The notes: generated from the letters alone by a model not told the origin. DNA of 64,000 bases from Octopus vulgaris (GCA_951406725.2 OX597819.1:60884001-60948000), one strand, 5' to 3'; counted from the stretch's first letter, positions 12,210 through 25,506 are shown. Program-made: numbers and translations.

Positions 12210-14662
12210 GTAGTGGAAATGAAAGGTTTTGTTCTAGATGTGAGCTGTTCTGTAGATATCAGTTCTGGCATCGCGTCCAACGTACTGGCAGCGAGGTTGG
12301 CCCTCGACCAACACCTCAACGCCAAACACTAAGGATGCGTTGTCAGAGCTAGGATGCGTGCTCTGAGGAACGAAGGAGTTGGTGCCGCCCGAGAGGCTCG
12401 AGTGACGGAGGCGAAACGAGGAAACAAAGCCACCATTAGGTCTCTGACGGATGAACAGGGGGCGCGATTTACTCGAGCCTGAAAGGATATGTGAGGCCTT
12501 TCAGCAACACTTTGCCCGACTGTTTGGGACAACTGGTTGATCAGAACGCAGAGTGGGCTTTAGTGCCTACCTGCATGGCCTGCCACGACTCTCAGCAAGA
12601 GAGGCGGAGTGTTGTGAAAGACCTATCACAGCCGCGGACGTGATGGCAGGCTGCGCGGGAGACACGTCGCCAGGCTTGAATGGTCTTCCCTATAAACTTT
12701 ATTGTCATATGCCAGACTTGTTTGGAGGTGTCTTGGCAGCTGTCTTCTGCAACTGGCAGCAAAACGGGAATATCCCCGTCTCTGTAAAGCGAGTGCTAAA
12801 GAAAGATCCAAACAAGGGGAACGTCATAGATAACTCCAGGCCCATCACTCTATTCAGTGCAGATTTGAAGATTTTGGCCAAGGTGTTAGCCGAGAGGTTG
12901 GCGCTTGTCATCGAGAAACTAGTCGACAAGGCGCAAACGTGCGCCGTGCCGGGTAGGAGTATCCATGACAACCTCTATCTGATGCGCTACATCTAAGGAC
13001 AGGGTGGTTAAGAAAGCTGGCATGGGCGGGGTGCTGATCAATTTGGATCCATCAAAAGCTTTCGATATGGTAGACCATCACTACTTGGAGGCTGTACTTA
13101 GAGCGGCTGGTTTCGGTCCCATCTTCCGTGGTTGGATCGCAGCGGCATTCGCTCGGTAGTTCGCGTAAATGGTCATCTGTCTAGACCATTTAACATCACG
13201 CGTTCGTTTCGCCAAGGATGTCCCCTCTCGTCGCTTCTGTTCGTATTGACTCTTGAGCAGGAGCTGGCGACGCTGAGGGGCATCTCGCGAGAGCTGGAAT
13301 GCGGGAGAGCGTGTATGCATACGCGGACGACGTCACCGTCATAGTGTCGAGCCACAGGCAAATCGACCTGGTCGGCGAGACACTAAGACGAAGCGGTAAC
13401 GGGAGCAAAAATTAAACGAGAAAAGTCAGTGGGTTTGCAGCTCGGCACCTGGAGAAGCAAGTTCATGCCGTCCAACAGCGTCTCCATCGTGGGACGCTGG
13501 ACCGACGAACCGGTTAAATTGCTCGGAGTCTGGTTCGGTCCGGACCTCCAAATGGAGAAGAACTGGGGCGAGATAACGACTAGGGTAGCCACTCGTACTC
13601 AGCAATGGGCCGAGAGGAAGCTATCCCTAAAAGGTCGGGCAAAGGTGACGAATACGTACATCGCATCCGTCATCGAGTACCGTCTGACCGTCGTACATTG
13701 TCCCACCCCTACCATCACCAAACTGGAACGCATACTCTTCCGCTTTTTTGAGGAAGGGAAGCGTTCCGATGGTTAGGCGATTCATTTGATGTCAACATCC
13801 GCTAAATGGAGAGCATGCCGTGGTTTATGATGCGCAGACATACGTTGAGACTGCGACATCTCCGGCGCTTCATAGACCACAGTGAACAGATGTGGTCGCC
13901 GTTTGTGCTATCGAGAAGCATTATCCTTCCGGGATAAGCTCTACAGACACGGTTCGATACACACCGGACCGACTTGCCCGAGATGCGGTCTGAGCGACGA
14001 AACCATTCTGCACGCACTCATGCAGTGTCCAACCATTTCAGACCTGTGGGCTTATGCCGAACGGCTGCTGTCACGTGTGGGACGAATTCGCTTGTCGGTC
14101 GAGTCTATCGGGAAAATTGCTCCGCCACCTTCCCTCAACCAGGAAGGCAAAGCAGTCTTCATCGTACTGGTGGCCATAGTGAAAGAATGTGTGTGGTGGA
14201 CTCGAGCGAAAGGATTAGAGACAAACGCTTACCTCTCTGGCCAATCGCTCATCAACTTTTTCAAGTACCACTTGAAAAGGAAGGTGAGAATAGAGAGGCA
14301 AGTTTTGTCTCGTGAAAGTTTCAACAAAAGGTGGGTGAATGTAGCAAAGATCGTACGTGCGCGTGACGAAACCACTTTGAGCATGATCCTGTAAATCCAA
14401 AAGAGAGAGAGAGAGAGAGAGAGCACTTTGCTCGCATGTGTTTATTCCCTCCCTGTCTGAGGTTACCGTGGTCTTTTCCGTAGGCTTTTCTTTCCACGGA
14501 TAAACTTAATCTTGTTTTGAACTCTTAATATTTTCTGTGATACACGATCAGAACTTTTGATCAGAACTTTATTTTTCTCCTTTTTTTTTCTATTTTCGAA
14601 AAGAAAAGCTCTGCATTGTATTTTGTCCCCTCTGTTAGGCCCTGTGTGGCTAATAAAGAAAC
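12210..14662 (+). mobile_element. 5'-truncated, decayed L1/Tx1-clade LINE (RT, C-terminal CCHC, 3' UTR)
   Basis: Fragments SPGLNGLPYKLY, RPITLFSADLKILAKVLA, RQGCPLS, AYADD (~13320), KLLGVWFG, CPRCGLSDETILHALMQC; multiple frameshifts; ends ...AATAAAGAAA then (TATG)n. Confidence 0.92.
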
Positions 14663-15167
14663 TTATGTATGTATGTTTGTATGTATGTATGTATCTATCT
14701 ATCTATCCATCCAGCCAACCACCTTTCTCGCTGTCTGTCGGTCCGTCCGTCCATCCGTATACACACATACAGAACACGAAATCACAACAAAGATTCACAT
14801 AAAAGCAGGCGTAGATTCACGTAAGGTCACACGTAATACATTTACTAACGTCAACCTATGCAAGCATCGCCTTAATTATTGCAAGCATTTCTCCACTCTC
14901 CCACCACTTTGGGTGTGGGTTGTTGCTGTTTAGCTTGAGTGACACTCTCATATTCCACTCGCTAATACGATATGAAACTTTCTTACTGGTTGCCACGCTA
15001 CACTAAGCTGTCAGCTTCAAGACCGATATTGCTAGCCGTAAGATGTTTGAAGAGTTAGATTGCCACCAAGTGTCACTCGACCAACACTACTTGAGAAGAG
15101 TACTATTTCCTCTGCAAACACTAATTAGTTGAGGTATGGGTACATTCAACTCAGCAAATCCTCCTTT

Positions 15168-15234
15168 ACACACACACACACACGCACATTAACATATAAA
15201 CATATACGTATATGTATATATATAGATACGTGTA

Positions 15235-15273
<39 letters not shown>

Positions 15274-15500
15274 GTATATATATATATGTAGATATCTGTT
15301 TGTGTGTAGATACGTATATATATAGATATGTGTGTGTGTGTAGATACGTATATATATATATATGTAGATATATGTGTGTGTGTGTAGATACGTATATATA
15401 TATATATGTAGATATATGTGTGTGTGTGTAGATACGTATATATATATGTGTGTGTGTAGATACGTATATATATATACATATATATATACTCGTACATATA
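15168..15500. repeat. (CA)/(TA)/(TG) minisatellite with TAGATACGTATATA units
   Basis: Directly visible. Confidence 0.9.
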
Positions 15501-15962
15501 TCTATATATCTATCTAACTATCCATCCAGCCAGCCACCTTTCTGTCTGTCGGTCCGTCCGTCCGTCATTCCATCCGTATACACACATATAGAACACGAAA
15601 TCACAACACAGATTCACGTGTATGTATGTATGTGCATTACTCCATTCATACAAAATCTCTTATAACCCAGTTTTTGTACAAAAGATCAACTTTTGACTTG
15701 TACAATCCGACATTTCCGACAAAAAGACCTCTACCCACCTTTTATACGAACCCTTCAATACCAAGTTCTAGAGACGAGCCCCTTAATATCAACCCCTTAA
15801 ACAGTCCGCCAGAGACAAATTCAGGGGATTATGTAGTCAGTTCCGATTTGTGTACAAAAGTTAGGTAGGTATTTTTTGAACAGAAAATGTTTTTCGCATT
15901 TTAAAACGACAGACATATAGCAGTATATACACAAAAAATGTATACACATATACATTTAAATA

Positions 15963-16130
15963 GGCGGAGACGAGACTGTGTGATAAGAAGTCTGTTTTTC
16001 AACGACATGGTTCTGGGTTCAGTCCCACTACGAGGCGCCTTGGGTAAAAGTGTTCTACTGTAGCCAAGGCTCGACAAAAGATTGTGAGTGGATTTAGCAG
16101 ACGGAAACTGAAAGAAGCCCGTCGTATATA
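15963..16130 (+). mobile_element. SINE family A head (diverged)
   Basis: GGGTTCAGTCCCACT...GTGAGTGGATTTAGCAGACGGAAACTGAAAGAAGCCCGTCG. Confidence 0.8.
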
Positions 16131-16198
16131 TGTATGTATGTATATATAATTGTGTGTTTGTGTTTGTACACTGGACGGATGGAGATATATATATATGT

Positions 16199-16495
16199 GG
16201 AGGCGCAATGGCCTAGTGGTTAGGGCAGCGGACTCGCGGTAGCAGGATCGCGGTTTCGATTCCCAGACCGGGCGTTGTGAGTGTTTATTGAGCGAAAACA
16301 CCTAAAAGCTCCATGAGGCTCCGGCAGGGGGTGGTGATCCCTGCTGTACTCTTTCACCACTCTTTCTTCCACTCTTTCTTCTGTTGGCCTGCTCGCTTAG
16401 CCAGCGGGGTGGCGTCATTCGAAGGCTAAAACAATGCGAACGCATTGTGACCAGCGATGTGTAACAACATCTGATGGTCTGGTCGGTCACGTGAT

Positions 16496-16502
<7 letters not shown>
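16199..16502 (+). mobile_element. tRNA-derived SINE family C
   Basis: GGAGGCGCAATGGCCTAGTGG (A box)...GGTTTCGATTCCC (B box), unique body, ends CACGTGATCACGTGA; flanked by (TA)n. Confidence 0.85.
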
Positions 16503-16539
<37 letters not shown>

Positions 16540-16655
16540 CTTTAGTTAAAAATATTCAATAAGAATATTGTATCTGAATTTATATTGAGTGCTCTATTAT
16601 ATCAGTCATCATTATCAGTTTTCTGATATTGATTTCCTAATATTAATATATATAT

Positions 16656-17936
16656 ATGGTGCGAAGAGTAAATTGTTAGCATGTTATATTTTTTCTATTT
16701 CGCACATCTGCATTATTTGCTTTTGATTTTATCGACTACACAGTATAGTAGGGTCAGTTGGGCACATTCTGTGAGAAAAACAGCACCATGACGCAATTCA
16801 CTCTGCCAGAAATTTGGAAACCACATGCTGTGCTGCTTGGCATCCGCACCGGAAACTCCAATACGAGCATTTCAGAGCGTTTGGGTGTCAGTCTGAGGAC
16901 AGTACAGTGGATTTGGAAAGAGTTGGATGAGTCTAAGAGTGATTACGAAGGTACGGCAACTCGGAAAACTCACGCTGGTCCTTCTTATAAAAAAAAGAAC
17001 TCCTGGATTTGTTGGTGCGATCCAGGCCATGTTTGACAACCATCCCTCCCAGTCAATATGGTCCACCGCCAGGGACATGGGAGTGTCTGAGTTTTTTATC
17101 AGGCAGGTAGTGCATGAAGACATTCGGTATTCCTCATGCAAGATGAGAAAGGGCCAACTTTTATCCCGAGCCGTCAAGGACAAGAGCTAAGACCGCGCTA
17201 CGAAGCTTTTGCACAAAGTCAAGCATCCCATCCTACCGAGCATGCTTTAGTTTTTCTCAGACGAGAAAAATTTCTGCCAGGATCAAAATGGTGAACACAC
17301 AGAACCACCGTTGGCCTGCCGTACCCCAAAACATGTACCGAGAGTGATAAAAAAATCAAACATTCAGTCAACAGCTTGGTTTTTATAGTGATCACTAGTG
17401 ATGGCGACATTATGCTTCGATTCATCTTCCTACACGACCTCACACTCAATTCGGAGGCCTACATCAACCGTCTAGAGGAGGTAGTGCTGCTCTGGGTCAA
17501 GAGGGTGGTCGCTGGAACACCCCATGTTTAGCTAACAGGACTCTGCAACATGCCACACAAACAGGAGAATCCAATCATGACTATCAGACAATTTCTGCGA
17601 CCACATCATCCCTAACGTCTGGCCACATAGATTCCCACAGTGCACCCACTAATTATTATGTGTGGGGCGCAGTTGAGCAAGAGACCAACAAAACTCCTTG
17701 TAAGATCAAAGATAAACTGAATGCAAGGATTATGGCAACATTCACCAACTTGAACAGAGAGACCGTGCAGAAGAGTTGCAGGAAATTCCGAAGTCGTCTG
17801 GAGGCCGTAGTTGAAGTCAATGGCGATTTTATTGAATAAATTTATCTTTTAGTATTTCAAGAATTTTTTTTATGTAAAACGAGATGTCAGTGTTATTTTA
17901 ATTTCTGCATAATTTAGACGACAATTTATTCATCGC

Positions 17937-17942
<6 letters not shown>
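16656..17942 (+). mobile_element. Tc1/mariner DD37D (maT)-type DNA transposon, full length but decayed
   Basis: Imperfect TIRs GGTGCGAAGAGTAAATTGT (16658) and ACAATTTATTCATCGCACC (~17921-17939) with TA flanks; motifs FSDEKNF, QDSATCHT, NVWP...YYVWG, C-terminus RSRLEAVVEVNGDFIE* (stop 17837-17839); second-to-third catalytic spacing fits ~37 aa after correcting a frameshift. Confidence 0.9.
16788..17839 (+). pseudogene. maT/DD37D transposase pseudogene
   Basis: HTH-like MTQFTLPEIWK...ISERLGVSLRTVQWI, then frameshifted and stop-interrupted catalytic domain. Confidence 0.85.
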
Positions 17943-17991
<49 letters not shown>

Positions 17992-18454
17992 AAGATATAG
18001 ATAGATACAGATTAGAAGATAAATAATCAGTAGAGCATACATACGCATCTGTGTTTATACATGTGCGCGTCTTTGCGTAAACGCGCGCTTTTTTCTGAAT
18101 AAACAAACGTTAGTTATCCGACAATTGTTCATAAATCAGATAAACAGATAATTTCTTAGGAAACATTAGTTTCTCTTTAATTATTTTATACACACTCACA
18201 TATATATGTGTGTGTGTGTATATATATATATAAACACACATATAACTGTGTGTGTGTGTGTGTTTTAACTTTAGAACTCATATGGGCGGTTAGCCGGTTT
18301 TCATGGCGTATAAGTAGCCGAGATCATAACATTTCCCTTGAAAGAGACGTTGGTGCGTTGTAGGGTTCAACGCCAGTAATTTTGAGGGAAGGGGACAAAT
18401 TGATTACTTAGACCCCAGCACTTGACAGATCTTATTTTATCGACCACGAAGCCT

Positions 18455-18577
18455 TACTCTTTTACTTTTTTACTTGTTTCAGTCATTTGAATGCGGCCAT
18501 GCTGGAGCACCGCCTTTAGTCGAGCAATTCGACCCCAGGACTTATTCTTTGTAAGCCTAGTACTTATTCTATCGGTA
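18455..18577 (-). mobile_element. SINE family A tail fragment
   Basis: TACTTGTTTCAGTCATTTGAATGCGGCCATGCTGGAGCACCGCC. Confidence 0.85.
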
Positions 18578-19333
18578 TGAAACGAGTAAAAGAGCAAAGA
18601 GAGAGTATAGCATCTTATGGAACTTTGTATTCAAATTCACTGTAGATATTTTATTGAATATTTTGGAAGCGTCTTTCAATGTATCACAAATATACTGCAT
18701 TAAAGTATTAACTTTAGTAACTAGTGTCCGAACTAGAAAATTTATCTCTCATTCATTTGTTACCCTGAAATGATAGCTAATTATTGATACCCCTCCCCAA
18801 CAAATACACACACGGACACACCCACTTGCACACACATGCACATGCGCACAGAAACACACAAACAAGTATATAAACCATCTAACCTTGATCAATGCAAAAT
18901 TCAAAAGACACATCAACAATAATCTATCTCACGTGATTATCAATATATATGAAAAGCAAAAAGAAATACATACCTTCTTCTAATCAAGGAAATGCTTGAT
19001 GAAAATCGAAGCTATCACAGATTAATAAATTATAAACGATCCAATAAAACAAAATACAACCTCTCAAGCTTGTCTTCCTCCAACAAATACAACTGGAATA
19101 AACATTAGGTTACTAAATCAACCAACCAAGAGACAAAAGTATTAGCAATCAACAGAGGTAAAAAGCAAACCAATAAAAAGACACAAGCAAGAGACGACAT
19201 CTACTTCTCACTAAAATGGGGTCTTGGGGGCAGCAATTTCAATGAAAAATCTCATACATCTCGTGAAGTACACAATTATGATCCAGGATCAGATTCAGAG
19301 AAATATGGTTGATCCCCAACATTTTTTCAAGAT

Positions 19334-19583
19334 CAGTGTTTCTCAACCGGGGTCTATCTGACTTTTACGGGTCCATATAAGATTTTGCTAAAGTTTGTGT
19401 GTAATGAAGTGGTTATACTTCTACAGTACCTAAAATAGTTTAACAACTTTTTTTATATAATTCCTAATAATATTTAATTATAAAAATATATGATTTTTAA
19501 AACATTGAATGGCTACAGGGGTCAACCCGAATAAAATAGGAATCAAAGTGGTCCATATGAACAAAAATAGTTGAGAAACACAG
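19334..19583. mobile_element. hAT (Charlie/MER5-like) MITE
   Basis: TIR CAGTGTTTCTCAAC / GTTGAGAAACACAG; 8-bp TSD TTCAAGAT / TTCTAGAT. Confidence 0.85.
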
Positions 19584-20639
19584 TTCTAGATGCTAAGATT
19601 AACTCTGAAAACGTCCCTGGCCTTGAGAGGTAAATATTTCTCTGACAATCATAGGTACAGAAAAAAATAGGCTTTCTATGAAGATAAACTACAGCTGTTG
19701 GTCCCAACATGAAATGAACATCTCAAATAAACCCGCCAAGCAGTTAATCCTAGACTGCTTAAGCCGAAGTGCATAAGCTTGCCTGTTAGATCAAACATGC
19801 GACCTTAAGTAGGTATTGTATGAAGCTGAAGTCACCTCAAACCAGACGATCGGTAAAAAAAAGTCACATAGGCATGTATAGGGAGCGTTCAAAGAAAAAT
19901 TTTAGAACTAAGAGTCATCATTCAGTCACACTGACAACAGAAATTTCACGACTAGTAAGTTACACCTAACGATATAAATTAACCATTTAGATAGCTCACA
20001 TTATTAAATCTAACAAACCACTCACAGCTTTCTGTCTTCGCCATGCCTAACACCCTACTCCTCGACCATACGTCAACACACCAGAATAAACACACTTCTA
20101 ACATGAATCTTTATGAATATGCCGAGGTGCTACACCCCAAAATATATCAGTAATCCTGTAGACATTCTTAGGAACTGAAGACAGTCTTCAACATATTATA
20201 CGACATAATATAAATCCAATCAACAAACTAAGATACACAACTTAAATTTCTGTAAATCTGATGCCTACTGATACAACGTCTTTGTCCAAATTCTCATAAA
20301 TCACCGTCAGCTACAATCTGTAATATTTAAGGTGTTATCTTTGAACATTATTACTATTAAAACTCATTGGCTTGCGATTAACCACCGGAGAACCTCGTTG
20401 GTGGCAGCAAGATGACAGTCCACTTTTATTGATAAAGGATATAGTTGACAATTATAAAATGTGAAGTAAAGTTTGAACGCAAATTGCGTAGCGCTGGGGA
20501 AATAAGATTTTGTGACAATTGCATTTCTCGTGTGTATTAGAAACATAAATGGAATGAAATCCTTTCGACCTGGATTCGAAACTAATCAATATAGCAAAAC
20601 TTCGTTAAAATCTTACCTCTTCTTTACAAGTATACTGGT

Positions 20640-20833
20640 TTAAAATTTTGGCACAAGGCCAGCAAGGGAGGTAATCGATTATATCGACCCCGGTAATCAA
20701 CTGGTACTTATTTCGTCGACCCCCGGAAGGCAAAGCCGACCTGGGCGGAATTTGAACTCAAAACTTACTGACGGACGAATTGCCGCTAAGCGTTTTTCCC
20801 GACGTGCTAACGATTCTGCCAGCTCGCCGCCTT
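20640..20833 (-). mobile_element. SINE family B, short-tail copy
   Basis: GGCACAAGGCCAGC...GGAATTTGAACTC...GATTCTGCCAGCTCGCCGCC. Confidence 0.85.
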
Positions 20834-21077
20834 CTTCTGCAGAAATATATTAAGCGACTTCGTTATTGAAATGACTATTGCTTTGTTACTAACGTTTGAT
20901 TCTACACTGAAACACGAATACATTAATATGAAAGCACACACACACAGAGCAAAAGAATATATCTATAGTGTGCATATTTGTAAATTGATGTATGAGCTTC
21001 GTATTTTAATTCATGATCATACTTATGGACACGTACACTGCGAAGGAAAAAGCTAGAAAGAAAGAGAGCGAAAGCTA

Positions 21078-21108
<31 letters not shown>

Positions 21109-21899
21109 ACAACATTCAATGTCTAAAAATATCGTAACTGAGGAAGAAGTTCAATTAGTTATGTAAGTAAATGAAGGCGACCCGGATATAAGTGTTATGG
21201 CCTTTTATACCAACCATACCAAGTAGGTACTCGTACCAATAGCTTAACCTCGCGAGACCTCACATATATTGAGAAAATAAATTAACAGAAAATAATTTGC
21301 AGAAGATGTCTTTCCCTTAGATATATGTTTATGTATGTGTATGTATATTTATATATCATATTACATAAGCATATATGTGTGTGTATATATATGTATATAT
21401 ATAATATTACACGCGCGCAGACACACACATATATTTGAAAAGAATGACTTCGCTAGTAGTTCTAATCAATTTAATTTTCTTATAATATAATATAATATAA
21501 TTTTACTGTATGATTTTTAGATCTAGTAAGTTCCTTGTTAACCTTGGTGGGGAGACTTCGTGTTAACTCTTCTGGAGAACTTTCTCGCATTCGTCGATGG
21601 CGGTTGTCAAACTGATTTTCGGGTTGTGTTGTGCTGTGTGAATCTGTATATAAGAGATTTGAACATGTTGGGGTTGGGGTTTGTTAATAATAAGTGTAAG
21701 AGTGAAGGAGTATTGATGAACCAGAGCTGAAAGAAAATAGTGAATGGTAAAAAAAAAAAAAATTGGTCTACAAACCAAGCTGTAAAATTAAATTAAATTA
21801 TATATTATTAGAAAATTAAATTGATTAGAACAACCAGAGAAGTCATTCTTTTTCTTTTTCAAATATTCCTAACTGCACCAATATATATATATGTGTGTG

Positions 21900-22220
21900 T
21901 TCTTGTTTCAGTCCTTTGGCTGTGACCATGCTGGAAGCCCGCTTTTAGTCCAACAAATCGACTCCAGAACTTATTCTTTGTAAGCCTGGTATTTATACTA
22001 TCGGTCACTTTTGCCGAACAGCTAAATTACGGGGAAGTAAACACACCAACATCGGTGTCAATCGATAATGGGGAGACAAACACAGGCAGACAAATACACA
22101 TATATATATGTGTGTGTATATGTGTGTGTGTATATGTGTGTGTATATATATGTGTGTGTGTATATATATACACATACGAAGGGCTTCTTTCAGTTTCCGT
22201 CTACCGAATCTACTCACAAG
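21900..22220 (-). mobile_element. SINE family A, partial
   Basis: Tail, spacer and GGGCTTCTTTCAGTTTCCGTCTACC segment. Confidence 0.85.
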
Positions 22221-22454
22221 TCACCTGACAGTAAATCAAAACCATTCAATTCCAAGATTAAAATAAAAAAAATATTTTATACGAGACTTCGCTTATAAAT
22301 AGACAAATGCCAAAAAAAAGTGATTTTAACTCACAGCACTCAACTGTTAAACATTCATAATTGGAATGAATAAATAAAATTGAATATTAAGTCTTTATTG
22401 AATTTTGATTTACTGTCGGTGACTTTTGGCCAACTCTCTCTCTTTCTCTCTCTC

Positions 22455-22542
<88 letters not shown>

Positions 22543-22544
<2 letters not shown>

Positions 22545-23597
22545 GTGGTTGCCTCCTCCTCATGCAGAGTTTGACCATCTCCTGTACCTACACTTTAGAA
22601 CCATTATAGCATCTGATGTGGCATTTTAAGCAGACAATGTTCTGAAAAGACACCCACATAGATTGCACATCCGATTTTGACCACCAAGAGCTGCAGATAA
22701 GTTCTGATCTTTGTGGATCTTTAAATGGCTTCTGAGGCCTCCGTTAGATTTGCAAACCTTCTGGTATACACTGCATTCAAAGGTGTGCACAGACATATAG
22801 GCTGAACAGTTCGTAGAGGCTCGTTTTCCATGGGTTCGCAAATGAGATTTGAGCCTAGAAAAAGAAAGGCATGGTCTGTCACAAACTGTGCACACAAAAA
22901 GGTCATTGTCATTCACCTTCTCGTCATTCTTCCTTAGATCTCTTTTGAATCTTACATGCATTATCCTGGCCTCTTCAGATGCTTTCACTTCACTCCACAC
23001 TTTTGTTCGCCATCCAACTCGATCTGAAGCAAGGGTTTCCATGTCTTCTGGATCCATTCCAAGTGACTTCATAGTAGTTCTTACGTCGTCCTTAAACCTT
23101 TTTTAGGTTTACGCCGATAGCGTTTCCCCTCTGCAAGCTCACCATAAAACAGCTGTTTCGGCATGCCTTCATCCGCCATTCGAACAATATGGCCATGCCA
23201 TCTCATTTGGTTCCTCAAAATCATAGCTTTTATTGAGGTGATGCCTGCAGATGCAAAGACATCTGTGTTTGGAGTAAAAGAACTCTATTTAATTTTTAAA
23301 ATGCGATGAAGGCATTTTTGGTAGAATTGTTCTAACAATTTAAAATGTCTTTCATAACAAGTCCATGTTTCACAAGAATACAACGGGCATGGTATGACAA
23401 AAGATTTGTAAAGAGCCAGCTTTATATTCTTATTTATAAGTCGCTGGCACCAAACGCATAACTCCAAACCACCTGTCCTTTGAATTCGCAGATGTATTTC
23501 TGTATCAAGATTTCTATCATTTTGTACAGAGCTTCCAAGGCAGATGAACGAATCGACAACCTCAAGTAACTTACCCGTAACAAAAATTTTAGGCGGG

Positions 23598-23598
<1 letters not shown>
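22543..23598 (-). mobile_element. 5'-truncated RTE-clade LINE with three C-terminal C2H2 zinc fingers
   Basis: Minus strand: LEVVDSFICLGS, KLALYKSFVIPCPLYSCETW, QMRWHGHIVRMADEGMPKQLFYGEL...KRFKDDVR, then CTVC..LKSHLRTH, CSVY..LRSHLKIH, CNLC..; both ends in microsatellite. Confidence 0.88.
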
Positions 23599-23639
<41 letters not shown>

Positions 23640-24740
23640 TGTGTGTATATATATATGTGTGTATGTATGTGTATTTATTTATTCATTTTTCATGTTTGTT
23701 TTAATGTATAATTTTATACAAAAACTGTCAATCATGATTAAGGCTACACAAACGAAACTTCGAAGTAATTATTAACTTTACCGCATGCACATATAGTATG
23801 CTTTGTTTCCCAAACGGGATAAAGAAAACTCACGACGTAAGTAGCCTCGTGTCAAGGCGCATATCAAATTTTATGTTCCGAGTGTTCAGATATCGCCGGG
23901 ATTGAGTTATCGTTTCTTCACTTCCAGACGTTATAAGATAAATACTAACTGAATACGGTAGAAACGTGGGTTAAATGCCTTGTATTATACCTGCGTCTCT
24001 TAACATCCGAGGTTCAATTTCAGAAGTGTTAAGTTTGCTTAGCGACCAGCTGGAATCGATAAAGACAAATTCCACTGACATACAGTAATACCTCGACTGT
24101 CGAGTCTGCTAGTAAATATAATTCTTTCTACTATACACACAAAGCCTGGTATTTTGCAGGAAGTGGGTTAGTCGGTTACATCGACCCCAGGTATTTATTT
24201 TATCGATTCTGAAAGGATGAACGACAATGTCGACTTCGATGGAATTTAAACTCAGAATGTGAAATCAAGAAGAAATGCCGCTAAGCATTTTGTCCAAGAT
24301 TTAAATACAATAAAATAAGCAATAGATAGAACCTGGTAAAGTTGTTTTTCTGGAAGTTTACCATTTTTGCTACGGCAGTCACACAAACAGTTTTGAACAC
24401 ATTTAATAAACTGAATTCATTGATTAAACTATTTTCATGAGATTGGAACTGTTTCCGCTGAATCTTAGAACCGTAAATAGACTCCAGAAATCTACAAGTT
24501 GATAGCAGCTAAGTGAGAAATCAAGGGAAACTCATAAATCTCCGCTTAACTTTAACCGGTCGTCTGTTTGCTTTTGATAACAATGGTAGTTACAGATTGA
24601 AGTAGTACACACACACACACACATACATCACTTCCTAGCTGTGTGTCGTATACATACACGCAGACATAAACATACTTCACCTCTTTTCTTTGCTTTCTAT
24701 CACGAACGCGCATACACACATATGCACACTCACATATACG

Positions 24741-24777
<37 letters not shown>

Positions 24778-24840
24778 CACACACACACACACATACACAC
24801 ACTCTCTTTTCATTGCTATCTACGTACATCTATGCCCTGC

Positions 24841-24871
<31 letters not shown>

Positions 24872-25281
24872 CTCTTTTCCGTACTTTCTATCACACACAC
24901 ACACACACACACACAAACATTGATTTATAACTTTGTAAAGAAAGTATGGACGGTTTTGCTTCCAATCGATTTTCTTTTTCAGTCTTCAGAAATTAATGAA
25001 GTATGCATTGATGATGCTACGATTCCAGTGATTCATTACCATTTTCTGCTTTCTTTTAGAAAGAATGCCAAAGCTAATCACATTTAAACACAGGCATCTC
25101 TCCATATCTGGCCGTTTACTTTGGGTCATGGGAGTTCAGCTTCAAAACTTGCCTTCATTTCGCATATTTTCCTTCTTTTAATCCAGTGCTTCTCAACTGG
25201 GGTCCATATGATCTTTAAGGGTCCGTATAAGATTTTGCTGTTAAAATTTATCGGCGATAAATTGTTTATAGTTCTACAATA

Positions 25282-25506
25282 CAGTACTCCCTCGATTATC
25301 GCAGGTGTTACGTTCCAACTCCACCCCCGCGATAGGTGAAAATCCGTAAAGTAGAAACAGTGTTGTACTGTATATTTTTATTATTGTTTTTATAATTTGT
25401 ATATATTTATTTTATTATAAATGCAAAAACAACACCACGGCGGAATCGACATAAGCTTAAATAATAAATCGCGATAGGTGAACCGCAATATGGCGAAGAA
25501 TTACTG
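25282..25506. mobile_element. pogo/Tigger-like MITE nested in hAT MITE
   Basis: TA|CAGTACTCCCTCGATTATCGC ... CGCAATATGGCGAAGAATTACTG|TA; the empty site is visible in the 19334 copy. Confidence 0.85.

Noticed and set aside
22626-23072. Host C2H2 zinc-finger gene
   Set aside because: The fingers are in frame with RTE ORF sequence and lack TGEKP linkers; they belong to the retrotransposon.
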